A DNA stretch of 64,000 nt from Leptolyngbyaceae cyanobacterium (GTDB lineage Bacteria; Cyanobacteriota; Cyanobacteriia; Phormidesmidales; Phormidesmidaceae). Numbering within the stretch: the first letter of the stretch is position 1; the number at the start of each line of letters is the position of its first letter. A program made the translations under genes and the position numbers. The stretch spans positions 992,001 to 1,056,000 of the forward strand of contig CBDHHL010000056.1 in NCBI GenBank assembly GCA_965263355.1. The letters are read 5' to 3'. Shown here piece by piece: positions 1-11,135 of the stretch. The notes beneath the pieces were generated by a model. That model worked only from the letters and a program-made list of their open reading frames with translations, was not told the DNA's origin and ran no database searches.

Positions 1-1
1 T

Positions 2-157
2 CAGGTCTTGAGCTATGACACGATCAATATGCCACCCGTTAGCCTGATTCGTAATGTCCGCATGGTTGGTGATTACTATACATTCAACAACACCGATGAT
101 GACACCCTCAAAAAACTAAAACTCCCTGCCAACATGCACTATCACTTTGGAGATTAA
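2..157 (+). CDS. csc1: 3' end of type I-D Cas5/Csc1 (partial, runs off window start)
   Basis: Open frame QVLSYDTINMPPVSLIRNVRMVGDYY...LKLPANMHYHFGD* resembles the Csc1 C-terminus; directly upstream of cas6. Confidence 0.75.
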   Translation, partial: QVLSYDTINMPPVSLIRNVRMVGDYYTFNNTDDDTLKKLKLPANMHYHFGD

Positions 158-162
158 CAATA

Positions 163-1050
163 ATGCCCTATAGTCTTGTGCTTAATCTGGTGCCTCAGGA
201 AACAATTCCCAAAAGTCATTTAAGTGGACGACATTTGCACGCCTTGTTTTTGGAGTTGGTGCGATCGCAATCCCCTACTCTGGCCACCACTCTCCACGGA
301 CAAACCACCACCAAAGCCTTTACCCTCAGCCCACTGCAGCCCACAGCCAAACAACATATCGGCACCCTACAGTGGACTTACCGTCGCGCCATTCCAGCCG
401 GTACCCCTTGCTGGTGGCGCATTACCCTACTAGACGATGCACTATTTGGACAATTGGCCCATCTCTGGTTGGGCCTTAGCAGCCAACAAAACTGGAGCTT
501 AGGCGGTAGCCCTATCCAGGTCGTCAGCGTACTAGGCACACCTCAATCAAACCAATCCTGGTCCAACTACACCCCTTACGACCAGCTTTACACCCAGGCC
601 TCAGATAGCAACCGTAAACTGCACTTTACCCTCTGTACCCCAACTACATTTCGTGTCAGCGACTACGACTGCGCCCTACCCACCCGAGAGAGTGTCTTCA
701 GAGGACTACTCAAACGCTGGAATCGTTATAGTCAAAGCACTTTCCCAGATACCCTTGTAGAGCCCGTATACCCAAGCTTTTTCAACATCCGCACCGAACT
801 AGCCACTGATAGTCGCAGTAAACTAATCGGCTGTGTTGGCGACATCACCTTTCAGATACTTGGAGATGTAAAACCAGAAACCATCAAGCAATTAAATACC
901 TTAACCAATTACGCTTTGTATACTGGCATTGGTCGCAAAACCCCCATGGGTATGGGACAAGTATTTCCAGCAAAAGCAGACACAAAAACTCGCTGTCAGC
1001 AGCAGCCACCTAAACCTCATAAATCCCGCCGCTATGCCACTGCCTCATAA
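163..1050 (+). CDS. cas6: CRISPR-associated endoribonuclease Cas6
   Basis: MPYSLVLNL start, GRHLHALF motif, C-terminal G-rich loop GIGRKTPMGMG. Confidence 0.93.
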   Translation: MPYSLVLNLVPQETIPKSHLSGRHLHALFLELVRSQSPTLATTLHGQTTTKAFTLSPLQPTAKQHIGTLQWTYRRAIPAGTPCWWRITLLDDALFGQLAHLWLGLSSQQNWSLGGSPIQVVSVLGTPQSNQSWSNYTPYDQLYTQASDSNRKLHFTLCTPTTFRVSDYDCALPTRESVFRGLLKRWNRYSQSTFPDTLVEPVYPSFFNIRTELATDSRSKLIGCVGDITFQILGDVKPETIKQLNTLTNYALYTGIGRKTPMGMGQVFPAKADTKTRCQQQPPKPHKSRRYATAS

Positions 1051-1240
1051 CCATAGACAGCTAAAGCTCGATGAGCTATTTCAACGCATTGATGCCCTTG
1101 AACCAGATTTCGATCAACCCTCTGACGAAGAAATTTGCCAGATAGTCCAGGAAGTTCGCCATAGGCGAGCCATCCATGAGAGTAATCCTTTCTTTAAACC
1201 CATTACGGATCAAGGGGTAAACCATGGCTCAGGTGCTTAA
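1034..1240 (+). CDS. small hypothetical protein (68 aa) between cas6 and cas4
   Basis: ATG at 1034 inside ORF 929-1240; overlaps the cas6 stop and the upstream extension of the cas4 ORF; helical PSDEEICQIVQEVR segment. Confidence 0.5.
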   Translation: MPLPHNHRQLKLDELFQRIDALEPDFDQPSDEEICQIVQEVRHRRAIHESNPFFKPITDQGVNHGSGA

Positions 1241-1280
1241 GCCTGAGCAGTCCTATACTTTTGGTGAAATCTTTGACCTT

Positions 1281-1862
1281 ATGAATGAAAATTATCTTCC
1301 TCTTGCGTACCTTAACGCATGGGAATATTGTCCTCGCCGCTTTTACCTGGAATATGAACTCGGCGAAATGCAAGACAATGCCCATATAGTTATGGGTCGT
1401 CACCTCCATCGTAACATTGACGAAGAAACTGTGCGCCAGGAAGGCGATACCCGCATTTACCAACAACAATGGGTCTGGAGCGATCGCCTGATGGTCTCTG
1501 GCAAAATCGATGCCGTCGAAGAAACCAATGGCCAGTTGGTGCCGCTCGAATACAAAAAAGGCCGTATGGGTCGGCACCTGAGCGATCACTTTCAGCTATG
1601 TGCTGCTGCCCTATGCATCGAAGAACGTACAGGCCGAGAGATTGACCATGGCGAGATTTTTTACCATGCTAATCGCAGGCGAGAGAATGTCACCTTTACT
1701 GATGAGCTAAGACAGGCGACTGAGGGTGCGATCATCAATGCTCAGAATGCAATTAACAAACCAATGCCAGCTCCTATTGACCATCTAAAAAAATGTCAGG
1801 CTTGCAGCTTGCAAGAGATTTGTTTGCCCATAGAAACGAAGGTATTGGGTATTAGGTATTAG
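1281..1862 (+). CDS. cas4: CRISPR-associated exonuclease Cas4
   Basis: YCPRR, GKIDAVE, EYKKG and QLCA motifs, C-terminal CxxCxxxxxC Fe-S ligands; likely start ATG 1281 (ORF is open from 1224). Confidence 0.93.
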   Translation: MNENYLPLAYLNAWEYCPRRFYLEYELGEMQDNAHIVMGRHLHRNIDEETVRQEGDTRIYQQQWVWSDRLMVSGKIDAVEETNGQLVPLEYKKGRMGRHLSDHFQLCAAALCIEERTGREIDHGEIFYHANRRRENVTFTDELRQATEGAIINAQNAINKPMPAPIDHLKKCQACSLQEICLPIETKVLGIRY

Positions 1863-1978
1863 GTTTTGGGTTTTAGATTTTAGATACACTACCCACCACC
1901 TATCACCCACCACTTATCACCCACCACCTATCACCCACCACCTATCACCCACCACCTATCACCCACCACCTATCACCC
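1843..1978. repeat. heptamer-based short tandem repeats (GGTATTA-like, then ACCCACCACCTATC about 6 times)
   Basis: Visible directly between cas4 and cas1; typical of cyanobacterial short tandem repeats. Confidence 0.9.
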
Positions 1979-2956
1979 ATGTCTTCGCTCTATATTACTC
2001 AACCCGATGCTGTTGTCAGCAAAAAATATGAGGCGTTTAATGTTGCCCTAAAACAAGAAGATGGTTCCTGGAAACGACAGTCTATTCCTGCTCAAACTGT
2101 GGAACAAGTGATTCTAATGGGTAACCCTCAAGTCACTGGAGATGCTTTAATGTATGCGTTAGAGCTGGGAATGCCAGTTCATTATCTATCCAGCTTTGGC
2201 AAATATTTAGGTGCTGCTCTACCAGGCCACTCACGTAATGGTCAACTACGGCTTGCTCAGTATGCAATGTATCGCGACATTGAACAACGGTTAATCCTGG
2301 TAAAAGCAATGATCACTGCCAAAATTCATAACCAGTATGCGGTGCTTTATCGCCATGGTCAAAAGGATAATCCATTAAAGCAACATAAACGTATGGTGGC
2401 ACAGCAAAAAACTTTGGATCAAGTACGTGGCATCGAAGGGCTAGCGGCACGAGAGTATTTTGCTAGTTGGATCCAAATGTTAGATAAGTCTTGGCAGTTT
2501 ACAGGACGTAATCGTAGACCGCCTACGGATCCGGTCAATGCATTGCTGAGTTTTGCCTATGCTTTGTTGCGAAGTCAGGTGACAGCAGCAGTCCATATTG
2601 CGGGGCTTGATCCGTATATTGGGTATCTCCATGAAGTTCATCATGGACAGCCTGCTATGGTTTTAGATTTGATGGAAGAATTTCGGCCTTTGGTAGCTGA
2701 TAATTTAGTTCTGGCGGCCATTAACAATCGTTCAATTCAGCAGAAGGATTTTACTGAGAGTTTAGGAGCCTATCGTTTATCAGATAATGCTCGAAAGGCT
2801 TTTCTACAAGCTTTTGATCGCAAAATGAATGATGAGTTTAAACATCCTGTTTTTGACTATCGGTGTAGTTATCGACGAGCAATTATTTTACAGGCACGGT
2901 TGCTGGCAAAGTATCTGCAAGAGGGAATCGAGTATAAGGGGCTAATGCTACGGTAA
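1979..2956 (+). CDS. cas1: type I-D CRISPR-associated endonuclease Cas1
   Basis: GIEGLAAREYF, RNRRPPTDPVNALLSFAY and DLMEEFRP motifs. Confidence 0.97.
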   Translation: MSSLYITQPDAVVSKKYEAFNVALKQEDGSWKRQSIPAQTVEQVILMGNPQVTGDALMYALELGMPVHYLSSFGKYLGAALPGHSRNGQLRLAQYAMYRDIEQRLILVKAMITAKIHNQYAVLYRHGQKDNPLKQHKRMVAQQKTLDQVRGIEGLAAREYFASWIQMLDKSWQFTGRNRRPPTDPVNALLSFAYALLRSQVTAAVHIAGLDPYIGYLHEVHHGQPAMVLDLMEEFRPLVADNLVLAAINNRSIQQKDFTESLGAYRLSDNARKAFLQAFDRKMNDEFKHPVFDYRCSYRRAIILQARLLAKYLQEGIEYKGLMLR

Positions 2957-3249
2957 TGACTACGCTCTTCTACCTTATCATCTACGACCTCCCTGATTCT
3001 AAAGCAGCGAATAAACGCCGTAATCGCTTGCATAAGCTTCTTTCTGGCTATGGTACCTGGACTCAATACAGTGTGTTTGAATGTTTTTTAACGGGAATGC
3101 AATTTGCTAAATTACAGACACAGATTGAGACGTTGATCAAACCTGATGAAGATTCTGTTCGTGTTTATGTCTTGGATGCAGGTGCGGTAAGGCGGACGAT
3201 TACCTATGGGTCTGAGAAACCACGTCAGGAGACGGCTATCATTCTGTGA
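2956..3249 (+). CDS. cas2: CRISPR-associated endoribonuclease Cas2
   Basis: YLIIYDL and QYSVFEC motifs, 97 aa, translationally coupled to cas1. Confidence 0.96.
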   Translation: MTTLFYLIIYDLPDSKAANKRRNRLHKLLSGYGTWTQYSVFECFLTGMQFAKLQTQIETLIKPDEDSVRVYVLDAGAVRRTITYGSEKPRQETAIIL

Positions 3250-3477
3250 TGCTAATTTTTCTAAATAGTTCACTCCTGTTCAACGTTTTTTTGGCAAACT
3301 AAAGCAAGGGCTAAATCCTTAGGGGTTTGCCAAATGGGTAGAACCTTGATAATTGAATAGTTTTAGAAGTTTATGAGTACCAAAGTTGAGCTTTATTAGG
3401 CTTGATCAGCTCATGATTTTGACCTTTGCCAAAGTTATGGGCAGAATGCTTATATGGCAAGCTTTTACAAGCGCGGG
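3250..3477 (+). promoter_or_regulatory. CRISPR leader
   Basis: AT-rich gap between cas2 and the first repeat; inverted repeat TTTGGCAAAC/GTTTGCCAAA (3290-3334) and a further TTTGCCAAA at 3425-3433. Confidence 0.85.
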
Positions 3478-6400
3478 CTCGCCAACCAAAAATCCCGACA
3501 ACCGGGACTGAAACTTGAACCATCGAACTATGATGGTAGCACCTTTAGCCTACTCGCCAACCAAAAATCCCGACAACCGGGACTGAAACTAGCCTGAACG
3601 ATAATCGAACTCAGAAAATTGTATTTACTGACTCGCCAACCAAAAATCCCGACAACCGGGACTGAAACAGCTCGTTGACGGGAACCCCCAATTTAACCCC
3701 TCGCCAACCAAAAATCCCGACAACCGGGACTGAAACAAATAGGGCCATCAAAAATCCCGACAACCGGGGATGATTCAGCTCTGCAGTTCATACTCGCCAA
3801 CCAAAAATCCCGACAACCGGGACTGAAACATCGATGAGAAAACTATGTTTGCTTAGAAAACCTGGCTGTAGTCTGCTCGCCAACCAAAAATCCCGACAAC
3901 CGGGACTGAAACGTATCTGAGGCAACACGATACGCTTCAATTAGCTCTGCAAGCTCGCCAACCAAAAATCCCGACAACCGGGACTGAAACCAGGGGACAT
4001 GGTTGGAGCAGTTTAACTTATGTAGCTCGCCAACCAAAAATCCCGACAACCGGGACTGAAACGGAAACTGAGCGTGATCACTTGGCGCACTGAAGCTCGC
4101 CAACCAAAAATCCCGACAACCGGGACTGAAACCAGGATATGGACGGACCCTGAGGATTTAAGACGTCATGGCTCGCCAACCAAAAATCCCGACAACCGGG
4201 ACTGAAACTCTGTCAGCATTACCTATCTTGTTCAGCTGGTTGAACGGCCTCGCCAACCAAAAATCCCGACAACCGGGACTGAAACAGAACGGAGGCCGTA
4301 GGCTCGCCAACCAAAAATCCCGACAACCGGGACTGCTCTTACCACTTCCTCGCCAACCAAAAATCCCGACAACCGGGACTGAAACTCGTCAATGTCTTGG
4401 CCATGCGCGACCTGCCCATGCTCGCCAACCAAAAATCCCGACAACCGGGACTGAAACATGGATTTCAGCGTTAGGAGCAGGCTCGCCAACCAAAAATCCC
4501 GACAACCGGGACTGAAACATGTCTGGCCTTCCTAATTCCTGCTGCTCGCCAACCAAAAATCCCGACAACCGGGACTGAAAACCCGAATGATCAGATAATT
4601 GATCTCTCACAGTGTGACTCGCCAACCAAAAATCCCGACAACCGGGACTGAAACATGCTTTCTGCGTCACGGGTTCTATCTCCCTACTAGCTCGCCAACC
4701 AAAAATCCCGACAACCGGGACTGAAAACTTAAGCTGTAACTTTCCTGGGAGTCAGGAACCCCTCGCCAACCAAAAATCCCGACAACCGGGACTGAAACGC
4801 CACTGTCGCAGCTTTGCCGCACCGTTGGCTTGTTGGCTCGCCAACCAAAAATCCCGACAACCGGGACTGAAACTTTGCCATCACGCAATTCATGATCACC
4901 CAATCCCCTCGCCAACCAAAAATCCCGACAACCGGGACTGAAACGCCAGTTATCAACTCTCCTTCCTCAATGTCAGCATGGCCGCACTCGCCAACCAAAA
5001 ATCCCGACAACCGGGACTGAAACGCATTAGGAGTATCCTTTGAACGGGTTGAATTGCTCTGCTCGCCAACCAAAAATCCCGACAACCGGGACTGAAACAT
5101 TTCCTAACCTGTATGGTTCCGTTCCTGCCCCAACTCGCCAACCAAAAATCCCGACAACCGGGACTGAAACTACGTGGATTCTATGGCTCGCCCTATACCT
5201 GCTAAAAGCTCGCCAACCAAAAATCCCGACAACCGGGACTGAAACATTATTTCTGGGGCTGCCATAGGGACTAACTTCCTCCTCGCCAACCAAAAATCCC
5301 GACAACCGGGACTGAAACTGGTTCTATGAATCGGGCCTGAATTAAAGGCATATTCAAGATACTCGCCAACCAAAAATCCCGACAACCGGGACTGAAACAT
5401 CAGGTTAACTCACTAACCTAGGGTCCGCCACTGCTCGCCAACCAAAAATCCCGACAACCGGGACTGAAACATTACCTGATAATCCGTCATAATAACAGTG
5501 AAACAGCTCCATTCACTCCTCGCCAACCAAAAATCCCGACAACCGGGACTGAAACTATTGGTTCCTTATACGTTAATCGTTGACATGTCGGGGAAGCTCG
5601 CCAACCAAAAATCCCGACAACCGGGACTGAAACATGGTGCATTGCTCCTCAGCAATTGAAGCGTTGCAGACTCGCCAACCAAAAATCCCGACAACCGGGA
5701 CTGAAACCTGATGACTTGGAGATGCATCAGTAGGCAGCTAAATACTCGCCAACCAAAAATCCCGACAACCGGGACTGAAACAGAAACTGAGCTAACAAGC
5801 TACGCTGCAGGTAATCAAAGATGAGCTCGCCAACCAAAAATCCCGACAACCGGGACTGAAACAAACCTCCGCCCATAGAAGCCTTAACAGAATTCCAGAC
5901 CCAAGCTCGCCAACCAAAAATCCCGACAACCGGGACTGAAACGCTCACTGTTTCCGTTCCTGCCTATTCGTGCGAGATCCCAAGCTCGCCAACCAAAAAT
6001 CCCGACAACCGGGACTGAAAACTTTGCCTTGGGGTTGTCGGCGCTGCAACACTCGCCAACCAAAAATCCCGACAACCGGGACTGAAACCGTAGATCTTCC
6101 CCCATGTGCCCCTTGGCTCGCCAACCAAAAATCCCGACAACCGGGACTGAAACCTTCCAAGCAGCTGGCCAATGCAACGGAGCTACCTCGCCAACCAAAA
6201 ATCCCGACAACCGGGACTGAAACTAGCTGCTTCACTGGAAGAAACAGTAAGTTGAAACTCGCCAACCAAAAATCCCGACAACCGGGACTGAAACTGAATC
6301 TTTACCGCAAGAATGGTATCTGTTTTCTCGCCAACCAAAAATCCCGACAACCGGGACTGAAACTCAGGTTGCACTCACTAACCTAGGGTGTAAGCGCCAC

Positions 6401-9400
6401 AGCTCGCCAACCAAAAATCCCGACAACCGGGACTGAAACGGTTAATTCGATGATCTTTTGCTGCCTAGTAATGTTCTTGCTCGCCAACCAAAAATCCCGA
6501 CAACCGGGACTGAAACGATTCACTAGAGTTATGAGTGACCGACCGACTGGTTCCTCGCCAACCAAAAATCCCGACAACCGGGACTGAAACACTGCTTTAA
6601 GTTTTGCGACTCGTTTTAGTCGTGTCAGCTCGCCAACCAAAAATCCCGACAACCGGGACTGAAACGCTTGTTACTTCAACGACGACAACAAGGATCAACT
6701 CGCCAACCAAAAATCCCGACAACCGGGACTGAAACTACAAAGAACTTGGCATTGAGTTTCAGGAGGGTTTCTCGCCAACCAAAAATCCCGACAACCGGGA
6801 CTGAAACTCCTGAGCTGGGCTTTCATTCGAAGAAACCGGGACTCGCCAACCAAAAATCCCGACAACCGGGACTGAAACATTTCTGTCTACTGTCATGTCG
6901 CTAGTGATGTTGTTCTCGCCAACCAAAAATCCCGACAACCGGGACTGAAACATCGGAACAGATCCAAGGACAGAGATACGGCAGCGCTCGCCAACCAAAA
7001 ATCCCGACAACCGGGACTGAAACACCCTCAACAGACCCTCTGCCCAATTATAAAGCAATCACTCGCCAACCAAAAATCCCGACAACCGGGACTGAAACTG
7101 CCATTTGGAGCTTGGATGACAACTTCGACTAGTTCGAGACTCGCCAACCAAAAATCCCGACAACCGGGACTGAAACGTGTCCAGCTGCCATGATGCTTGG
7201 CACCCCGAGCCTCGCCAACCAAAAATCCCGACAACCGGGACTGAAACGACCGGTTGGTTGATGCGTTTGGGGGCGCTTGAACCAGTCCTCGCCAACCAAA
7301 AATCCCGACAACCGGGACTGAAACTGAAGTTGAACCGCCATAAAACGTCTGTAACTAACTCGCCAACCAAAAATCCCGACAACCGGGACTGAAACAAAGT
7401 CCAGCTATTTCCGGCTTGGAGGACGCTAGGCTCGCCAACCAAAAATCCCGACAACCGGGACTGAAACCCAAATCACCTTGCTCTTTTAGAAGACTGTCAG
7501 GATCTCGCCAACCAAAAATCCCGACAACCGGGACTGAAACTGCTCTTTTTTTATCTGGAGTCGCAGCACCCGCTTACTCGCCAACCAAAAATCCCGACAA
7601 CCGGGACTGAAACACACAGCCAAAAGGGACAGAGGGATTCGAACCCCCCGACTCGCCAACCAAAAATCCCGACAACCGGGACTGAAACTTAGGCCACTTG
7701 TTTTTTATCTGCATTGTTTGGCCGATCTCGCCAACCAAAAATCCCGACAACCGGGACTGAAACTAATGCTCCGCAACTGGCCAGCATATATAGGCAGTGC
7801 TCGCCAACCAAAAATCCCGACAACCGGGACTGAAACCTGTCCACATATTCAAAGATGCTCTAAAGATGCTCGTCTCGCCAACCAAAAATCCCGACAACCG
7901 GGACTGAAACGCATCGCAAGGTTGGGCACAGTGTTCTGTGCTGTCTCGCCAACCAAAAATCCCGACAACCGGGACTGAAACTTTAAGCGAGAATTAGTAT
8001 CTTCTACGAACTCCTGCTCGCCAACCAAAAATCCCGACAACCGGGACTGAAACTGATCAATACCGCTCACTTTATCCGCTTTGCTCTCATCTCGCCAACC
8101 AAAAATCCCGACAACCGGGACTGAAACTTCTAACGAAAGAGAGTTTTGCATCAGCTGGGTCTACTCGCCAACCAAAAATCCCGACAACCGGGACTGAAAC
8201 TCGATAGTTTAGCCTAGGTTTGTGTAAAAATCCACAACTCGCCAACCAAAAATCCCGACAACCGGGACTGAAACATAAATTTACCTGAATTATTCGCCAT
8301 AGGAGGCTTGGCTCGCCAACCAAAAATCCCGACAACCGGGACTGAAACGCACATAGACGCAAGGCTTCAAACTGCACCAAACGCCCACTCGCCAACCAAA
8401 AATCCCGACAACCGGGACTGAAACTATTAGAAAATCAATTATTCAACAATACTAGGATTCCTCGCCAACCAAAAATCCCGACAACCGGGACTGAAACCTT
8501 GTGGGAATGGGGCGAAGTTACACCCTCTAACTACTCGCCAACCAAAAATCCCGACAACCGGGACTGAAACCACAGTCTTAGAAGCAGATTAAGGAGAGAA
8601 AAAACTCGCCAACCAAAAATCCCGACAACCGGGACTGAAACTGGGGTAAGCCTGCCGAGAACCTTTGTCAATACCGACTCGCCAACCAAAAATCCCGACA
8701 ACCGGGACTGAAACCATAGCCTGGAATAACCTTGGGCTCCCATCGATGACTCGCCAACCAAAAATCCCGACAACCGGGACTGAAACGACCGTTGGCACGG
8801 TCAGGCGCGAGCGTGGGCAGCGCTCGCCAACCAAAAATCCCGACAACCGGGACTGAAACTCTAAAGCTGAAGGTTCACCACAAGGATAACAATTTCCCTC
8901 GCCAACCAAAAATCCCGACAACCGGGACTGAAACGCGTTCTTGACTCTGCGTCCTGAGGCCCACTTCACTCGCCAACCAAAAATCCCGACAACCGGGACT
9001 GAAACAATTGCTTTTCATGGCCTACATATTCCCCTCAATTGCTCGCCAACCAAAAATCCCGACAACCGGGACTGAAACGCTACTGGGACAGCTGCCGAGT
9101 ACAGGATCAAAGACCTCGCCAACCAAAAATCCCGACAACCGGGACTGAAACGGCGATTGAGCCAAGCCCATCAACAACGTTACTGGCCTCGCCAACCAAA
9201 AATCCCGACAACCGGGACTGAAACTTTTGGCCACGGGTTGAGAACAGATAGAGGTAGAACTCGCCAACCAAAAATCCCGACAACCGGGACTGAAACGAGA
9301 CGAACCAGACGCTAAAGAGCAAGCTGGCCAGCTCGCCAACCAAAAATCCCGACAACCGGGACTGAAACATTGTTAATAAGTATCGGTGAAATTCTGCTGT

Positions 9401-11005
9401 TGCCTCGCCAACCAAAAATCCCGACAACCGGGACTGAAACTTCTGTTTCGCCTGAGTATTTGAACCTATCAATAGCTCGCCAACCAAAAATCCCGACAAC
9501 CGGGACTGAAACCTAAGGGTTAAATTGCCGCGCCTGGTCCCCAGCTGCCGGGGCTCGCCAACCAAAAATCCCGACAACCGGGACTGAAACGAACCTATTG
9601 AGCTAACCGCTACCAACCCTCCCAAAACTCGCCAACCAAAAATCCCGACAACCGGGACTGAAACGATCGACCACAGGCCTCAAAAAAGCCGGACTCGCCA
9701 ACCAAAAATCCCGACAACCGGGACTGAAACCCAATGCATCGCAAGCATCCACCACCGTTAGCTCGCCAACCAAAAATCCCGACAACCGGGACTGAAACAG
9801 AGTGACACCGTACATGTTTAGACTAGCAGTACTCGCCAACCAAAAATCCCGACAACCGGGACTGAAACCTACTACAACAGTTAATGACCAGGAAACCTAA
9901 TGAGGCTCGCCAACCAAAAATCCCGACAACCGGGACTGAAACTGATAAAAGTCAATCTGGTGATTATGGTTGAGGCCTCGCCAACCAAAAATCCCGACAA
10001 CCGGGACTGAAACGCCCATGAAGACCTCAGCATTTGTAATTTTTGTTTGCTCGCCAACCAAAAATCCCGACAACCGGGACTGAAACATTATTAGCTTTGC
10101 TATCGGACTAGGGCCAAAACTCGCCAACCAAAAATCCCGACAACCGGGACTGAAACTTTATTGTAACGGCTGATATTCAGGAACTAAGCTCGCCAACCAA
10201 AAATCCCGACAACCGGGACTGAAACAGACGTATTAGCCGTTGCATTAAAACCTAAGACTCCTCGCCAACCAAAAATCCCGACAACCGGGACTGAAACGTA
10301 GGATTTCTACTAGATAGCAAAACTACAAATCCTCGCCAACCAAAAATCCCGACAACCGGGACTGAAACGTAGCTAACACGATCTAAAAAACTACTTTCTT
10401 CTCCCTCGCCAACCAAAAATCCCGACAACCGGGACTGAAACTCATGCCCTAGTGACATGTTCAGATTTACATACTCGCCAACCAAAAATCCCGACAACCG
10501 GGACTGAAACGTAGCAGTAAGGAAATCGTTGGCTGGATAGCGCTCGCCAACCAAAAATCCCGACAACCGGGACTGAAACCTTATACTCAGTCACAGCAAG
10601 AGTGCTCGCCAACCAAAAATCCCGACAACCGGGACTGAAACTGGTGAGAAACTTAGACCCTGTTTGGTCTACAACAAACTCGCCAACCAAAAATCCCGAC
10701 AACCGGGACTGAAACGTTTTGGACTCTCCAGAGTCGGAGTCAATCAAGGTGCTCGCCAACCAAAAATCCCGACAACCGGGACTGAAACAGCATGGGCCAA
10801 AGCGGAGGACTGAGGATTTGAACCTCGCCAACCAAAAATCCCGACAACCGGGACTGAAACCTTAGGGCCTATTGGCACACCACGAAAGGACATTGCTCGC
10901 CAACCAAAAATCCCGACAACCGGGACTGAAACTCAATAGTGGTTTGAATGCTTTGCTGACCCAGCTATCTCGCCAACTATAAAACCGATCAGCTAATTTA
11001 AATCA
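3478..11005 (+). CRISPR. type I-D CRISPR array, 37-nt repeat CTCGCCAACCAAAAATCCCGACAACCGGGACTGAAAC, about 103 repeats plus a degenerate terminal repeat
   Basis: Near-identical repeats from 3478 to 10932 with mostly 30-46 nt unique spacers; TCCCG/CGGGA hairpin and GAAAC 3' end; degenerate copy CTCGCCAACTATAAAACCG at 10969. Confidence 0.99.
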
Positions 11006-11135
11006 CATTAACCTGCGTCAGACTTCTCCCTATCAGTTGTCTGCCCTAAGCTTATTGTGCGTTTCAGCACGGAAACGAATGATGGCCTAAGGGTATGTCT
11101 GCATTACTGCCATTAAACGTTTTCCTCTCCGCTCC

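Noticed and set aside
4545..6022. Repeat variants ending GAAAAC (near 4545, 4691 and 5985)
   Set aside because: A single extra A in a homopolymer; cannot be separated from sequencing error or trivial slippage.
3843..10831. Many ORFs with repeated FQSRLSGFLVGE / VSVPVVGIFGWR / RQPKIPTTGTET peptides
   Set aside because: They are translations of the CRISPR repeat, not genes.
3478..11005. Spacers self-targeting the tRNA array or other genes in this window
   Set aside because: No match found by eye; an exhaustive alignment was not possible.
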